From Patescibacteria group bacterium (lineage in GTDB: Bacteria; Patescibacteriota; Patescibacteriia; 2-01-FULL-39-33), in contig JBAZRV010000005.1 in the NCBI GenBank assembly GCA_041662745.1, forward strand, positions 30,001 to 62,000: DNA of 32,000 bases, in the 5' to 3' direction. Position numbers and translations under genes: made by a program. Below the pieces are notes generated by a model. It was not told the origin of the DNA. It saw only the letters and a program-made list of their open reading frames with translations, and did not search any database. Positions 23,524 through 32,000 of this stretch are shown here, one piece after another. Every line of letters starts with the position of its first letter. The stretch's first letter is position 1.

Positions 23524-24607
23524 AACTTATTCCTGCTGCTTGATTTAACTTATCCGCCGCCTCTGTTAAAGTCAGCGAATCCAGCAAAATACCGGTTGTT
23601 CGGGCAAAACCGATGGTTTTTTCCGCCTCATCCAATACCGCCAAAAAATCCTTAACAGTTTTCTTGGCTTCTTCTGCATCAGCTACTTTATATTTTTTTA
23701 AGTAACCTTTTATATGATCATTAATGAACTCCCGGAATCTGTCACGCAGTTTTTTTCTGTTTTTCGGCAAATCCATTTGGCCGTCAAAACGAAAAGCAAT
23801 GACTTCCGTCAAGATAGAATCAACGCCGCGCCGTTTGGATTTTAAAAAATCAATTTGATGGATGACTTCGTGTCTGCTGGAATTTGTTATGTCCTTTTTA
23901 GTCCTTTCCAAAAAGTAGCTTAAGCCCAAATAATGCAAGGGGTTATTTTCTCCCTGAAAGTACTCCTTATATATACTGGATCCTGTCATCAGCATACAAA
24001 AACTTTCTCCGGCTTCATCAAAACCCTCCTCCTTCCAATCAGGATTCATTCTAGACCAAGCTTCTTCGCTGAAAACAAAAGCGCCGGAGAGCATCGCCGG
24101 CACGCCCAGCTCTTCCGCCTTCCAATATTTATTCTCCTCCCCCGCCTCGGGTCTGGACTGCCGTAAAAAATACATTTCATCGAATTCATTGACTACGGCT
24201 GAGGAGTCCGTGCCGACAGACTCCAGGCAATGCATCAAATAATTTTTAGCAATTTGCAATTGCCTGATTTGCTCTAACTCTTTCGGCTTAATGTGACACT
24301 CTCGACTGATTTCTTCCATCTCAGCCAAAGGATGCGATCGGAGATACTCGCTAATGCGATTAACAAAATTTTTCAGCCGCCGGCGATAAGCGGGATCGGC
24401 GCGGGGATGGTCGGGAGTATCAATCAGCGGTTCAATTTTTTCCAATAAAAACTTTTCCGCCGCCAAGGCGTTTTTCAGCGCCAACCAGTACTCCGGCCGG
24501 ACAATATCGGGGTAAGCTGATTTCAATTTTTCTATCTTAGCGGCAATCTCTTGATCAGATCGGCTTTCTTGATTATCCGGTATGATATTTGCTTCGCGTT
24601 TATTCAT
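23513..24607 (-). CDS. Uncharacterised protein with HExxH metallopeptidase-like motif, 364 aa, embedded between ftsW and murG
   Basis: SSRHEVIHQIDFLKSKRRGVDSILTEVIAFR; overlaps the murG start by 11 bp and begins 3 bp after the ftsW... stop (ftsW ends at 24611 on the minus strand). Confidence 0.75.
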   Translation of the reverse strand: MNKREANIIPDNQESRSDQEIAAKIEKLKSAYPDIVRPEYWLALKNALAAEKFLLEKIEPLIDTPDHPRADPAYRRRLKNFVNRISEYLRSHPLAEMEEISRECHIKPKELEQIRQLQIAKNYLMHCLESVGTDSSAVVNEFDEMYFLRQSRPEAGEENKYWKAEELGVPAMLSGAFVFSEEAWSRMNPDWKEEGFDEAGESFCMLMTGSSIYKEYFQGENNPLHYLGLSYFLERTKKDITNSSRHEVIHQIDFLKSKRRGVDSILTEVIAFRFDGQMDLPKNRKKLRDRFREFINDHIKGYLKKYKVADAEEAKKTVKDFLAVLDEAEKTIGFARTTGILLDSLTLTEAADKLNQAAGISYEI

Positions 24608-24610
24608 AAA

Positions 24611-25735
24611 TTAATTATTAACCTGTTTGGAAATATTAGCCAGAATGCCGGCCGCCGCCAGCGACATCATCAGCGCCGTACCGCCGTAAGAAATGAAAGG
24701 CAAAGGAATGCCGGTTAAAGGCATGACGCCGAGCATAGCGCCGATATTTACAAAAGCCTGGGTGATAAACCAAGTAATAATGCCGACAACCAATAAGCGA
24801 CCGAAGGCATCCGGACATTTGGCGGCCAGCTTGAAACCGCGCACGGCGATAAAAATATAAACGGCGACAATGGCTACGGTCAAAATAAATCCTAACTCTT
24901 CAGCGACAACGGCAAAAATAGAATCGCCGGTAACTTCGGGCAGATAAGCAAACTTCTGCCGGCTATGGTTATAACCTCGGCCGAATAAACCGCCGGAACC
25001 GATTGCTAAAAGCGCTTGGTTGGCTTGATAGCCGATACCCTGAGGATCGAGCTCGGGATGCAGGAAAGTAGTAAAGCGAGCGGCGCGATAAGGAGAAACT
25101 TTTACGATCGCCCAAAGGCCGGCTAAACCGGCGGCAGTCAGCCAACTCAGATGCAACCATCGGCCACCGGCCGTAAAATATACGGCCAAGGACATGACTA
25201 CAATAATAATCATCGTACCCGTATCCGGCTCTAAAACCAACAAGGCGGTAATAACGGCCAGAATAAAAACAAAAGGCAAAAAACCGGCGGATAAATCCTG
25301 CAAATGATGATCCTCCTTGGAGGACAGCCAGGCAGCCAAGTAAATCAAAAAAGTCAATTTGACTATTTCCGACGGCTGAAGCGAATAGCCGAAAATATTA
25401 ATCCAGCTGTGGCTGGTGCCCCAGGCCGCGCCGATGCCGGGAATAAATACCAGCACTAAAAGCAAAATGGAAATAAACAGCAGGGGTGCGGCGTATTTTT
25501 CCCAGCGATGATAATCAATTTTAGCCAGAATCAAAAACAGTATGCCACCGGGCAGAACGCCGAATAACAGCTGATGCTTCAAATGCCAATAAACATCCTG
25601 ATACTTCTGCCAGCCGATAGCCACGCCGGCGGAAGAAACCATCACCAAGCCGAAAATCACCAGCAACCAGATGGCGCCGATCAAATACCAATCAATGCCG
25701 GCTGACTCTTTGTATTTTTTGGGCGATTGATTCAT
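24611..25735 (-). CDS. ftsW: Lipid II polymerase/flippase FtsW/RodA/SpoVE family, 374 aa
   Basis: GAAWGTSHSWINIFGYSLQPSEIVKLTFLIYLAAW, LVLEPDTGT, GYQANQALLAIGSGGLFGRG, TGIPLPFISYGGTALM. Confidence 0.94.
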   Translation of the reverse strand: MNQSPKKYKESAGIDWYLIGAIWLLVIFGLVMVSSAGVAIGWQKYQDVYWHLKHQLLFGVLPGGILFLILAKIDYHRWEKYAAPLLFISILLLVLVFIPGIGAAWGTSHSWINIFGYSLQPSEIVKLTFLIYLAAWLSSKEDHHLQDLSAGFLPFVFILAVITALLVLEPDTGTMIIIVVMSLAVYFTAGGRWLHLSWLTAAGLAGLWAIVKVSPYRAARFTTFLHPELDPQGIGYQANQALLAIGSGGLFGRGYNHSRQKFAYLPEVTGDSIFAVVAEELGFILTVAIVAVYIFIAVRGFKLAAKCPDAFGRLLVVGIITWFITQAFVNIGAMLGVMPLTGIPLPFISYGGTALMMSLAAAGILANISKQVNN

Positions 25736-25738
25736 GGC

Positions 25739-27121
25739 TTATTTTATTTTTTTAACCAATTGGCGAAACTGCTTGCCACGATCAAATTCATTGACGAACA
25801 GGCCAAAGGAAGCGCAGGCCGGAGACAATAAAACCATATCGCCTGTCTTAGCGAATGATTTGGCCACGCCAACGGCATCAGGCAAAGACCCGACAACGGT
25901 TAAATCCTCAATTAATTTTTTTAATCTGTCCGTTCCCGTGCCCGGCAATAACACTACTGCTCGGCAATGCTTTTTTATTTCCTTCGCCAGCTCCTTAAAA
26001 TCCAATCCCTTATCCGAACCGCCGGCGATCAATACTATATTCTTTTTACCGCTCAGCGCTTTTAGCGCGGCAATCGTCGCTTCCGGCGTGGTGGAAGTGG
26101 TATCGTTATAGTATTTTACTCCCCTGACCTCCTTTAATAATTCCAAACGATCGGGTATGCCATAAAAATGGCTTAGCACGAGCTTAACTTTTTGAGGATT
26201 AAGGCCGATAATTCCCGCCACGGCAATCGCCGCCAGAACATTAGACAGATTGTGTTCGCCTAAAAGCTTAACCTCCTTGATTGAACACATTATTTGTTCA
26301 ACGCCGTTTTGGCGAAAAACAATCTTGCCGTTTTTGACAAAAGCGCCATTCTCTTCGCTAAAAAGCTTGAGAGAAAACCAATACCTCTGAGCCTTGACTT
26401 CCCGGCCGGCAAGCAGGGTTTTTTTATTGTCACGATTCAGGACCGCATAGTCTTGCGGCATTTGGAATTTAAAAATATTTTTCTTGGCTTCAATATAATC
26501 GGCCATGGTTTTGTAAGTGTTCAAATGATCGGGGTAAATATTGGTAAGGACGGCGATATGCGGCGACTCCTTGATATCAGCCAAACTTTCCGTCATCCAA
26601 GACGATAATTCTAAAATTACTCGGCCGCCCCGATTCACTAACGGCATCTGCGCCAAAGGAGATTTAGTGATATTGCCGGCCAGAACCGCTGACCTATCCA
26701 AAGTCTTTAGCAATTCGTAAATCAGGGTAGCGGTGGTGCTTTTGCCGCGCGTGCCGGTAACGCCCACCAAACGCTGGCGATCAATCAACTGAAAAAATAA
26801 AGAGACATCGGTATAAATCGGGATCTTATTGGCGCGAGCGATTTTCAAAAAACGCGAAGACTGAGGCACGCCGGGGTTTCTTAGGATCAAGTCCTGACGC
26901 TTGAAATCCTGCTCGCGGTGCCGGCCCAAAACCCATTCTATTTTCTCAGCTGATTGTCCCAAACGTTTTATTTGATCATTGAGTTGTTTTCTGGTTTTTA
27001 AATCCGTTACCGTGACCTTGGCGCCATGGGATAACAAAAACTTGGTAGCGGCTATTCCGCTGCCATCCTCATATAATCCCAAACCCATCACTAGGGCTTT
27101 TTTGTTTTTTAAATTAAGCAT
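25739..27121 (-). CDS. murD: UDP-N-acetylmuramoylalanine--D-glutamate ligase MurD, 460 aa
   Basis: VTGTRGKSTTATLIYELLK, LELSSWM, NIYPDHLNTY, YYNDTTSTTPEATIAAL, LLSPACASFGLFVNEFDRGKQF. Confidence 0.95.
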   Translation of the reverse strand: MLNLKNKKALVMGLGLYEDGSGIAATKFLLSHGAKVTVTDLKTRKQLNDQIKRLGQSAEKIEWVLGRHREQDFKRQDLILRNPGVPQSSRFLKIARANKIPIYTDVSLFFQLIDRQRLVGVTGTRGKSTTATLIYELLKTLDRSAVLAGNITKSPLAQMPLVNRGGRVILELSSWMTESLADIKESPHIAVLTNIYPDHLNTYKTMADYIEAKKNIFKFQMPQDYAVLNRDNKKTLLAGREVKAQRYWFSLKLFSEENGAFVKNGKIVFRQNGVEQIMCSIKEVKLLGEHNLSNVLAAIAVAGIIGLNPQKVKLVLSHFYGIPDRLELLKEVRGVKYYNDTTSTTPEATIAALKALSGKKNIVLIAGGSDKGLDFKELAKEIKKHCRAVVLLPGTGTDRLKKLIEDLTVVGSLPDAVGVAKSFAKTGDMVLLSPACASFGLFVNEFDRGKQFRQLVKKIK

Positions 27122-27149
27122 CGCTGTTTTTTATAAACAATGATTTCGT

Positions 27150-28202
27150 TTAATGCCAGGCGCCTTTATCCAATAAAAATAAAACCAATCCAATGATGGC
27201 AAAAACGCCGGAGATCACCCAAAACCTCATCACCACCTTAGCTTCCGGCCAGCCCTTGGCTTCAAAATGATGATGGATGGGCGCGGATAAAAAAACTTTC
27301 TTGCCTCGTAATTTTTTAGATAAAACTTGGATGATAACCGATAGAGCTTCAATCACGAACAAACAACCGATGATCGGTAATAATAAAACGGATTTGGTCA
27401 AAATGGAAATAACCGCCAAAGTAACGCCTAACGACATGGCGCCGGTATCGCCCATAAAAAACCTTGCCGGCGTAATATTGAACCACAAAAAAGCGGTCAA
27501 AGCGCCGACGATCACGCCGCAAAAGGCCGCCAAATCGTATTTGCCCTGGGCAAAAGCAATAACGCCGAAAGCCGTATAAGCAATCAATAGCGTACCGCCG
27601 GCCAAACCGTCCAAACCGTCAATCTCATTAACCGAGAAGGCCGTACCGACAATTACAAAAATGACCAAGGGTATGAACCACCAGCCCAAATTGAAATTAC
27701 CCATGAAGGGTACGCGGATTAAATCCCAATCAAGACGGAAATAAAACCAGAAAGCGGCCGCCATGGCAATTAGGGTATAAACCGCTAAACGATGCTTAAC
27801 TGACAATCCGCCGCCGTAAGGGCCGATTTTTCTGACATTCAGATAATCATCAAGCAATCCCACCAAGGCGGCCGACACCAAACATCCCAAAGGCAAAAGA
27901 GTTTGCGGCCGGGTTAAAAAATTCAAAAATGAAAAAAAACTGTCAAACCATAATGACAGATAAAAGATTATCAGGGATAAGACCAAAACCGTCATCCAAA
28001 CCAAGATCCCGCCCATGGTCGGCGTACCGGATTTCTTCTGGTGCAAAGCGGAAAAAATCGGCGCTTCGGAACTGCTTCTGATTTGCTTGCCTAATTTATA
28101 TTTGTATAAAAAATGCGTCAGTAGCGGCGTCCAGGCCATAGCCAAAGCAAAGGAAATAAAGGTGAGGGAGAAAATCTTAACGACGATAAAATCAAAACTC
28201 AT
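27150..28202 (-). CDS. mraY: Phospho-N-acetylmuramoyl-pentapeptide-transferase MraY, 350 aa
   Basis: HQKKSGTPTMGG, LVGLLDDYLNVRK, NEIDGLDGLAGG, PARFFMGDTGAMSLG, LSAPIHHHFEAKGWPEAKVVMRFW. Confidence 0.97.
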   Translation of the reverse strand: MSFDFIVVKIFSLTFISFALAMAWTPLLTHFLYKYKLGKQIRSSSEAPIFSALHQKKSGTPTMGGILVWMTVLVLSLIIFYLSLWFDSFFSFLNFLTRPQTLLPLGCLVSAALVGLLDDYLNVRKIGPYGGGLSVKHRLAVYTLIAMAAAFWFYFRLDWDLIRVPFMGNFNLGWWFIPLVIFVIVGTAFSVNEIDGLDGLAGGTLLIAYTAFGVIAFAQGKYDLAAFCGVIVGALTAFLWFNITPARFFMGDTGAMSLGVTLAVISILTKSVLLLPIIGCLFVIEALSVIIQVLSKKLRGKKVFLSAPIHHHFEAKGWPEAKVVMRFWVISGVFAIIGLVLFLLDKGAWH

Positions 28203-28303
28203 AATTTATAAAGCTTATTTTTATTTTTACTGTCTTGAGATTTTTAAAAAATCTAAAAACTTATAATCAATTTACGCCAATCGACGCGTTTCGAAATGAT
28301 CAT

Positions 28304-28684
28304 CTATAAATTCATATAGACCAATAATCCGATCTGCGCAGCGATAATCAAAGCCGAGGCCAAGGCGGCAAAGGATAGAAAATAACTTAGATTCCTATCG
28401 CGCAAGTAAACCTTGAATGCCAACAGAAAATTCACCAGGCAAATCAGCCAGCCCGCTAACGGCAAAAGCAATAAATATTGCCAAGGACCGAAGGAAGAAA
28501 TACCAAAATAAATATTGTATTGCAAAACCACAAACTCTTGAAAATGCCAAAAATACAAAAGCACGGCCGCCAAAGCCAGCAAATCAAAAAGCGCAGCCGC
28601 TGAGAATACGCCGGAAATCAGACGATCCCTTTTGGCCGGGCTTTCTTCAATCAATTGCCGTAATTTCAAAAAAATGATATTCAT
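28304..28684 (-). CDS. Hypothetical membrane protein, 126 aa, about four hydrophobic segments
   Basis: ORF with hydrophobic helices; upstream of mraY on the same strand. Confidence 0.6.
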   Translation of the reverse strand: MNIIFLKLRQLIEESPAKRDRLISGVFSAAALFDLLALAAVLLYFWHFQEFVVLQYNIYFGISSFGPWQYLLLLPLAGWLICLVNFLLAFKVYLRDRNLSYFLSFAALASALIIAAQIGLLVYMNL

Positions 28685-28814
28685 TAAAAAATATCAAGGT
28701 ATGTAAATTATCCCCAATAAGTGCTAACTTAATTATAGCGGTTATGGCGCTTAAAGTCCATGTTGCCAAAACATAAACAATCTGTCATTGTCAATCTGCA
28801 AAAATCGTTTGCTA

Positions 28815-28843
28815 TTGACAAATTATTGACTAAGTGATATAAT
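28815..28843 (+). promoter_or_regulatory. Perfect consensus sigma-70 promoter: TTGACA, 17 bp, TATAAT
   Basis: ttgacaaattattgactaagtgatataat; leader of about 46 nt to the ATG at 28896. Confidence 0.8.
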
Positions 28844-28895
28844 TAGATATTAACCAAAAGTAATTACCAAAAATTATCCAATTTTAGCAAAAATT

Positions 28896-29717
28896 ATGTC
28901 TAATTACAAGCTTTTACAGCTGAAAAACATTTTAACCGTCGGTTTGCTGGCTGTTTTAGCCGGCCTAATCGCCTTTTCGGTCAGCATTTGGACTACACCC
29001 AGATATAAATCAACTTTTAAATTGCTGACTGTTTTTAATCAAGCCAATATTGATACCTACACTGCCAGCAAGACTGCCAATTATATCACCGGCATTATGG
29101 GCGAAGTCATCTATTCCGATTCTTTTATTGGCACTGTTTATGTTTCTTCGGGCATCAAGGATGATCTGGGTTATGGCAGTGAAAACCGTTCACATCAATG
29201 GCAAAAGACCGTCAAGACCAAAGTCTTGGATAATAAGGGCATGATGATTATTGATGTCTACGGCAACGATAAAATAAAAACCAATGCCTTGGCCAATGCT
29301 ATTGCTGCGGTAATTATCAACAACCATAGCAACTACGACGGTTCCGCTGACCGCGCCATCATTAAGATGATTGACCAGCCGGCTATTTTTGAAAGCTGGT
29401 CTTTAACTAAAATCATTGAAGATTCCATTTTGGGAATTATTGTCGGCTTACTTTTGGGTTTTACTTTCATTGTTATTTTCCCCAATCACCGTTTATTTGA
29501 AGCTGCCCCAAAGAAAAAGTATTCCTACTCTCCGGCCACCGAACCGGTTAATGCGGCGCAACCGTTAGTCACGCCGAAAGAAAGACCCTTGCCGCCGACA
29601 ATAGAACCGGCCAAAGAACAAGGGAACGATTTGCCGCAACGAGCCGAAAATTCTTTTACTCCTCCCGCCACCAATAACGAATGGCTGAAGGATTACTACC
29701 ATAACAATCAATTATAA
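28896..29717 (+). CDS. Wzz/chain-length-determinant-like protein, 273 aa
   Basis: Two terminal TM segments with an extracytoplasmic region (YKSTFKLLTVFNQANIDTYTASKTANYITGIMGEVIYSDSF; IIVGLLLGFTFIVIFP). Confidence 0.7.
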   Translation: MSNYKLLQLKNILTVGLLAVLAGLIAFSVSIWTTPRYKSTFKLLTVFNQANIDTYTASKTANYITGIMGEVIYSDSFIGTVYVSSGIKDDLGYGSENRSHQWQKTVKTKVLDNKGMMIIDVYGNDKIKTNALANAIAAVIINNHSNYDGSADRAIIKMIDQPAIFESWSLTKIIEDSILGIIVGLLLGFTFIVIFPNHRLFEAAPKKKYSYSPATEPVNAAQPLVTPKERPLPPTIEPAKEQGNDLPQRAENSFTPPATNNEWLKDYYHNNQL

Positions 29718-29761
29718 CATTAAGGCCGTTTACTTTTGGTAAGCGGCCTTTTGCCAGTATC

Positions 29762-31258
29762 ATGATTAAAGATAAAATCAAAAACCAAATTGGCAAATAC
29801 TCGCAAACCAGAAAATCAGCGATTAATCTTCTGGCGTATATTTATTTGGGCGCGCTGATTGTCGCCATTATCGTCTACGGCCCTGCGCCCTTGTTTTATC
29901 TGCTGTTCGCCGTTGTCGCAACGCTTTTTATCCTGCCCAACCATTACTTTCTAGGCTTCTGCTTGCTTATTACTTTGACCATGTTGTTTGAGCGCTTCTT
30001 TACCCTGACCGGACTGGTTATTGATCGCGATGTCTATAAATTTTACTTGTTAGACATTGTCATAGTATTATCTTTCGCCGCCCTGGCCGTCCGGCATTTT
30101 ATCCTGCAAAAAAAGCGCCAATTGATCTGGGGCTGGCCGGAGACTATTCTCGCCTGCTTTATGCTATTAGTCGCGATCTATCTCTTCCGCTCATTGTTTG
30201 ATATTAACGCAAAATTTGAAGTGGCTTTCAGTTCGTTTAAGAATTATTTTTTCTATCCCTTATTATATTTTTTCACTGTCTTAGTGGTACAGTCGCCCAA
30301 AAGATTAAAACAAGTCAGCCAACTGATAATGCTTAACGGCGTTTTCCTGATCGCTTTCTTATTGATCGGTTTTGTCCGTGGTGCTGGCCTATGGACCGAA
30401 TTCACTCCTCTGTCTACGGCCGGCGTACGCTACTTAGCCGGCACTCACGCCTTCTATCTGTTAATCGCTATAATGATCGGCGTACCGCTTTTAGCCTTTA
30501 ACCGCTTGCGCAACCAGGGATTGGGGCTTTTGGTTTTCGCCTTATGGTCTCTGGGCGTGACAGTTTCCTTGATGCGCCATTTATGGCTGGCTGCAGTTAT
30601 CGGCATCGCCGCCTTATTCATCTTAATGCCTTACCAAAACAAAAAATTCATTTCCCGCCAAGCGGTCAAAGCCGGATTATTAGTGGTGTCGCTGGCTTTA
30701 GTCGCCATATTGGCGGCCAATCTCGCTTACTTTAATCCGGCCACAGAAACCGCCGCCGACAACGTTCGCCATGTCAGCGAAAGGCTGCTGTCGTTGGGAA
30801 ACCTAAGTGAGGACACTTCTGCTTCTTGGCGTTTGGATCTCTGGAACGACGCCCGACAAGTCTGGCAAGCCAATCCGGTTGGGGGTATTGGTTTCGGCCA
30901 CACGATCTTAATCGACATCGGCGACTATCAAAATTTTGAAGAAATCAGAAATATCCATAATTCGCCCCTGGCCATTATGGTGCAAATGGGCCTAGCGGGT
31001 CTGATTGTTTTTGTCCTGTTTATTGTGGCGGTTTTCAGTTCTGCTTGGCGTCCGGTTTACGCCAATTTCGATCTGATTCCCTACTATTTGGGCATTGCCG
31101 TCGCCGCTTTGATTTTTCTTTTCGCCAGCTGTTTTCAACCATACCTGGAAACCAACTTGATGGGTATTTGGTTTTGGATATTATTAGGTTTATTGCGTTC
31201 CGCGGCAATCATCAATAAGCCATTCAAGCACTCCGAACAAACAGTAACCGCCAAATAA
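29762..31258 (+). CDS. O-antigen ligase/polymerase-like polytopic membrane protein, 498 aa
   Basis: Many hydrophobic helices; C-terminal SWRLDLWNDARQVWQANPVGGIGFGH...IHNSPLAIMVQMGLAGLIVF as in Wzy/O-antigen ligase proteins. Confidence 0.8.
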   Translation: MIKDKIKNQIGKYSQTRKSAINLLAYIYLGALIVAIIVYGPAPLFYLLFAVVATLFILPNHYFLGFCLLITLTMLFERFFTLTGLVIDRDVYKFYLLDIVIVLSFAALAVRHFILQKKRQLIWGWPETILACFMLLVAIYLFRSLFDINAKFEVAFSSFKNYFFYPLLYFFTVLVVQSPKRLKQVSQLIMLNGVFLIAFLLIGFVRGAGLWTEFTPLSTAGVRYLAGTHAFYLLIAIMIGVPLLAFNRLRNQGLGLLVFALWSLGVTVSLMRHLWLAAVIGIAALFILMPYQNKKFISRQAVKAGLLVVSLALVAILAANLAYFNPATETAADNVRHVSERLLSLGNLSEDTSASWRLDLWNDARQVWQANPVGGIGFGHTILIDIGDYQNFEEIRNIHNSPLAIMVQMGLAGLIVFVLFIVAVFSSAWRPVYANFDLIPYYLGIAVAALIFLFASCFQPYLETNLMGIWFWILLGLLRSAAIINKPFKHSEQTVTAK

Positions 31259-31263
31259 TGACT

Positions 31264-32000
31264 ATGAAAATCCTGCAAGTCAATAAATTCTTATATCCCA
31301 AAGGCGGAGCGGAGACCTATCTTTTCGCCCTGTCCAACTTACTGATGGCTAATGGCCATGAGGTGATTTATTTTTCCCAAAAAAATCCTAAGAATATTAA
31401 AAACGATCAAGAAAAATATTTTGTCACTGATCTGGATCTGGGCCGATTCAATTTTAAGGCCCTGATGCTGATTTTCAGGATTTTCTGGTCTCCGCTGTCC
31501 CGCTACAAAATAAAAAAACTGATCAAAAAAGAACGGCCGGAATTAGCTCATATCCATAATATCTACCATCAATTATCGCCGGCTGTTTTAACCGGCCTTA
31601 AAGAATACGGCCTGCCGACGGTGATGACCGTGCATGATTTCAAGCTGGTAACCCCGGGCTATACCTTGCGAGCCGACGGCATCAAAAAACGCCATAAAGA
31701 TTCGTTTATTATTGACTGGCTGTTAAAACTGGAATTCGCTTTTCACCGCCTGATCAAAGTTTATGACCGGTGCATTGATATCTTTATCGCTCCCTCGCAG
31801 TTCGTCAAAAATGAACTGGTCAAGGCCGGCTATAAAACGGAAAAAATAGTCGTTATCCCCCACTTCATCAAAATGAACACTTTTAGTGTTCAGAGAAACA
31901 CTGGCAAATATTTTTTTACTTTCGGCCGGCTGGATGAAAGCAAGGGCCTGGATGATATCATTCGCGCTTTTGCCGCCCTGCCGGAAAACGGTTTAAAACT
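31264..32000 (+). CDS. Glycosyltransferase, GT4-like family, N-terminal part (runs off the right edge)
   Basis: MKILQVNKFLYPKGGAETYLFALSNLLMANGHEVIYFSQ...AHIHNIYHQLSPAVL...VMTVHDFKLV...AFGRLDESKG-like segment (YFFTFGRLDESKGLDDIIRAFAAL). Confidence 0.9.
   Translation, partial: MKILQVNKFLYPKGGAETYLFALSNLLMANGHEVIYFSQKNPKNIKNDQEKYFVTDLDLGRFNFKALMLIFRIFWSPLSRYKIKKLIKKERPELAHIHNIYHQLSPAVLTGLKEYGLPTVMTVHDFKLVTPGYTLRADGIKKRHKDSFIIDWLLKLEFAFHRLIKVYDRCIDIFIAPSQFVKNELVKAGYKTEKIVVIPHFIKMNTFSVQRNTGKYFFTFGRLDESKGLDDIIRAFAALPENGLK

Noticed and set aside
1-32000. Search by eye for defence systems, transposases, integrases, tRNA/rRNA genes and classical CRISPR arrays
   Set aside because: None could be supported from the sequence; genes are mostly housekeeping and envelope functions.

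Overview
The window looks like a chromosomal segment of an anaerobic, reduced-genome bacterium, probably Candidate Phyla Radiation / Patescibacteria-like. That is my inference from gene content and style. The minus strand carries mostly core genes: dnaG (partial), desulfoferrodoxin, rubrerythrin, a TraG/VirD4-like ATPase plus membrane partner, a sigma-region-4/HTH regulator, mltG, uppP, mutM, a NUDIX hydrolase, secA, a ribosome hibernation factor, murB, murC, murG, an HExxH-motif ORF, ftsW, murD and mraY. The plus strand carries a CAP-domain protein, a DUF212/PAP2-like membrane protein, several small orphan gene cassettes with near-consensus promoters, and the start of a surface-polysaccharide cluster (Wzz-like, O-antigen-ligase-like, glycosyltransferase). 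I see no CRISPR array, transposase, toxin-antitoxin or defence system and no convincing tRNA/rRNA. The most interesting signals are: (i) palindromic repeat elements apparently inserted in frame within coding genes (desulfoferrodoxin, murC); (ii) a pair of diverged 61-bp intergenic hairpin elements with compensatory base changes; (iii) an undescribed HExxH protein embedded between ftsW and murG; (iv) a sigma-70 region 4 domain fused to a long C-terminal HTH-type regulator; (v) a set of plus-strand orphan small-gene cassettes with exact TTGACA -35 boxes; and (vi) a 101-bp tail-to-tail coding overlap of a CAP protein's basic tail with uppP.
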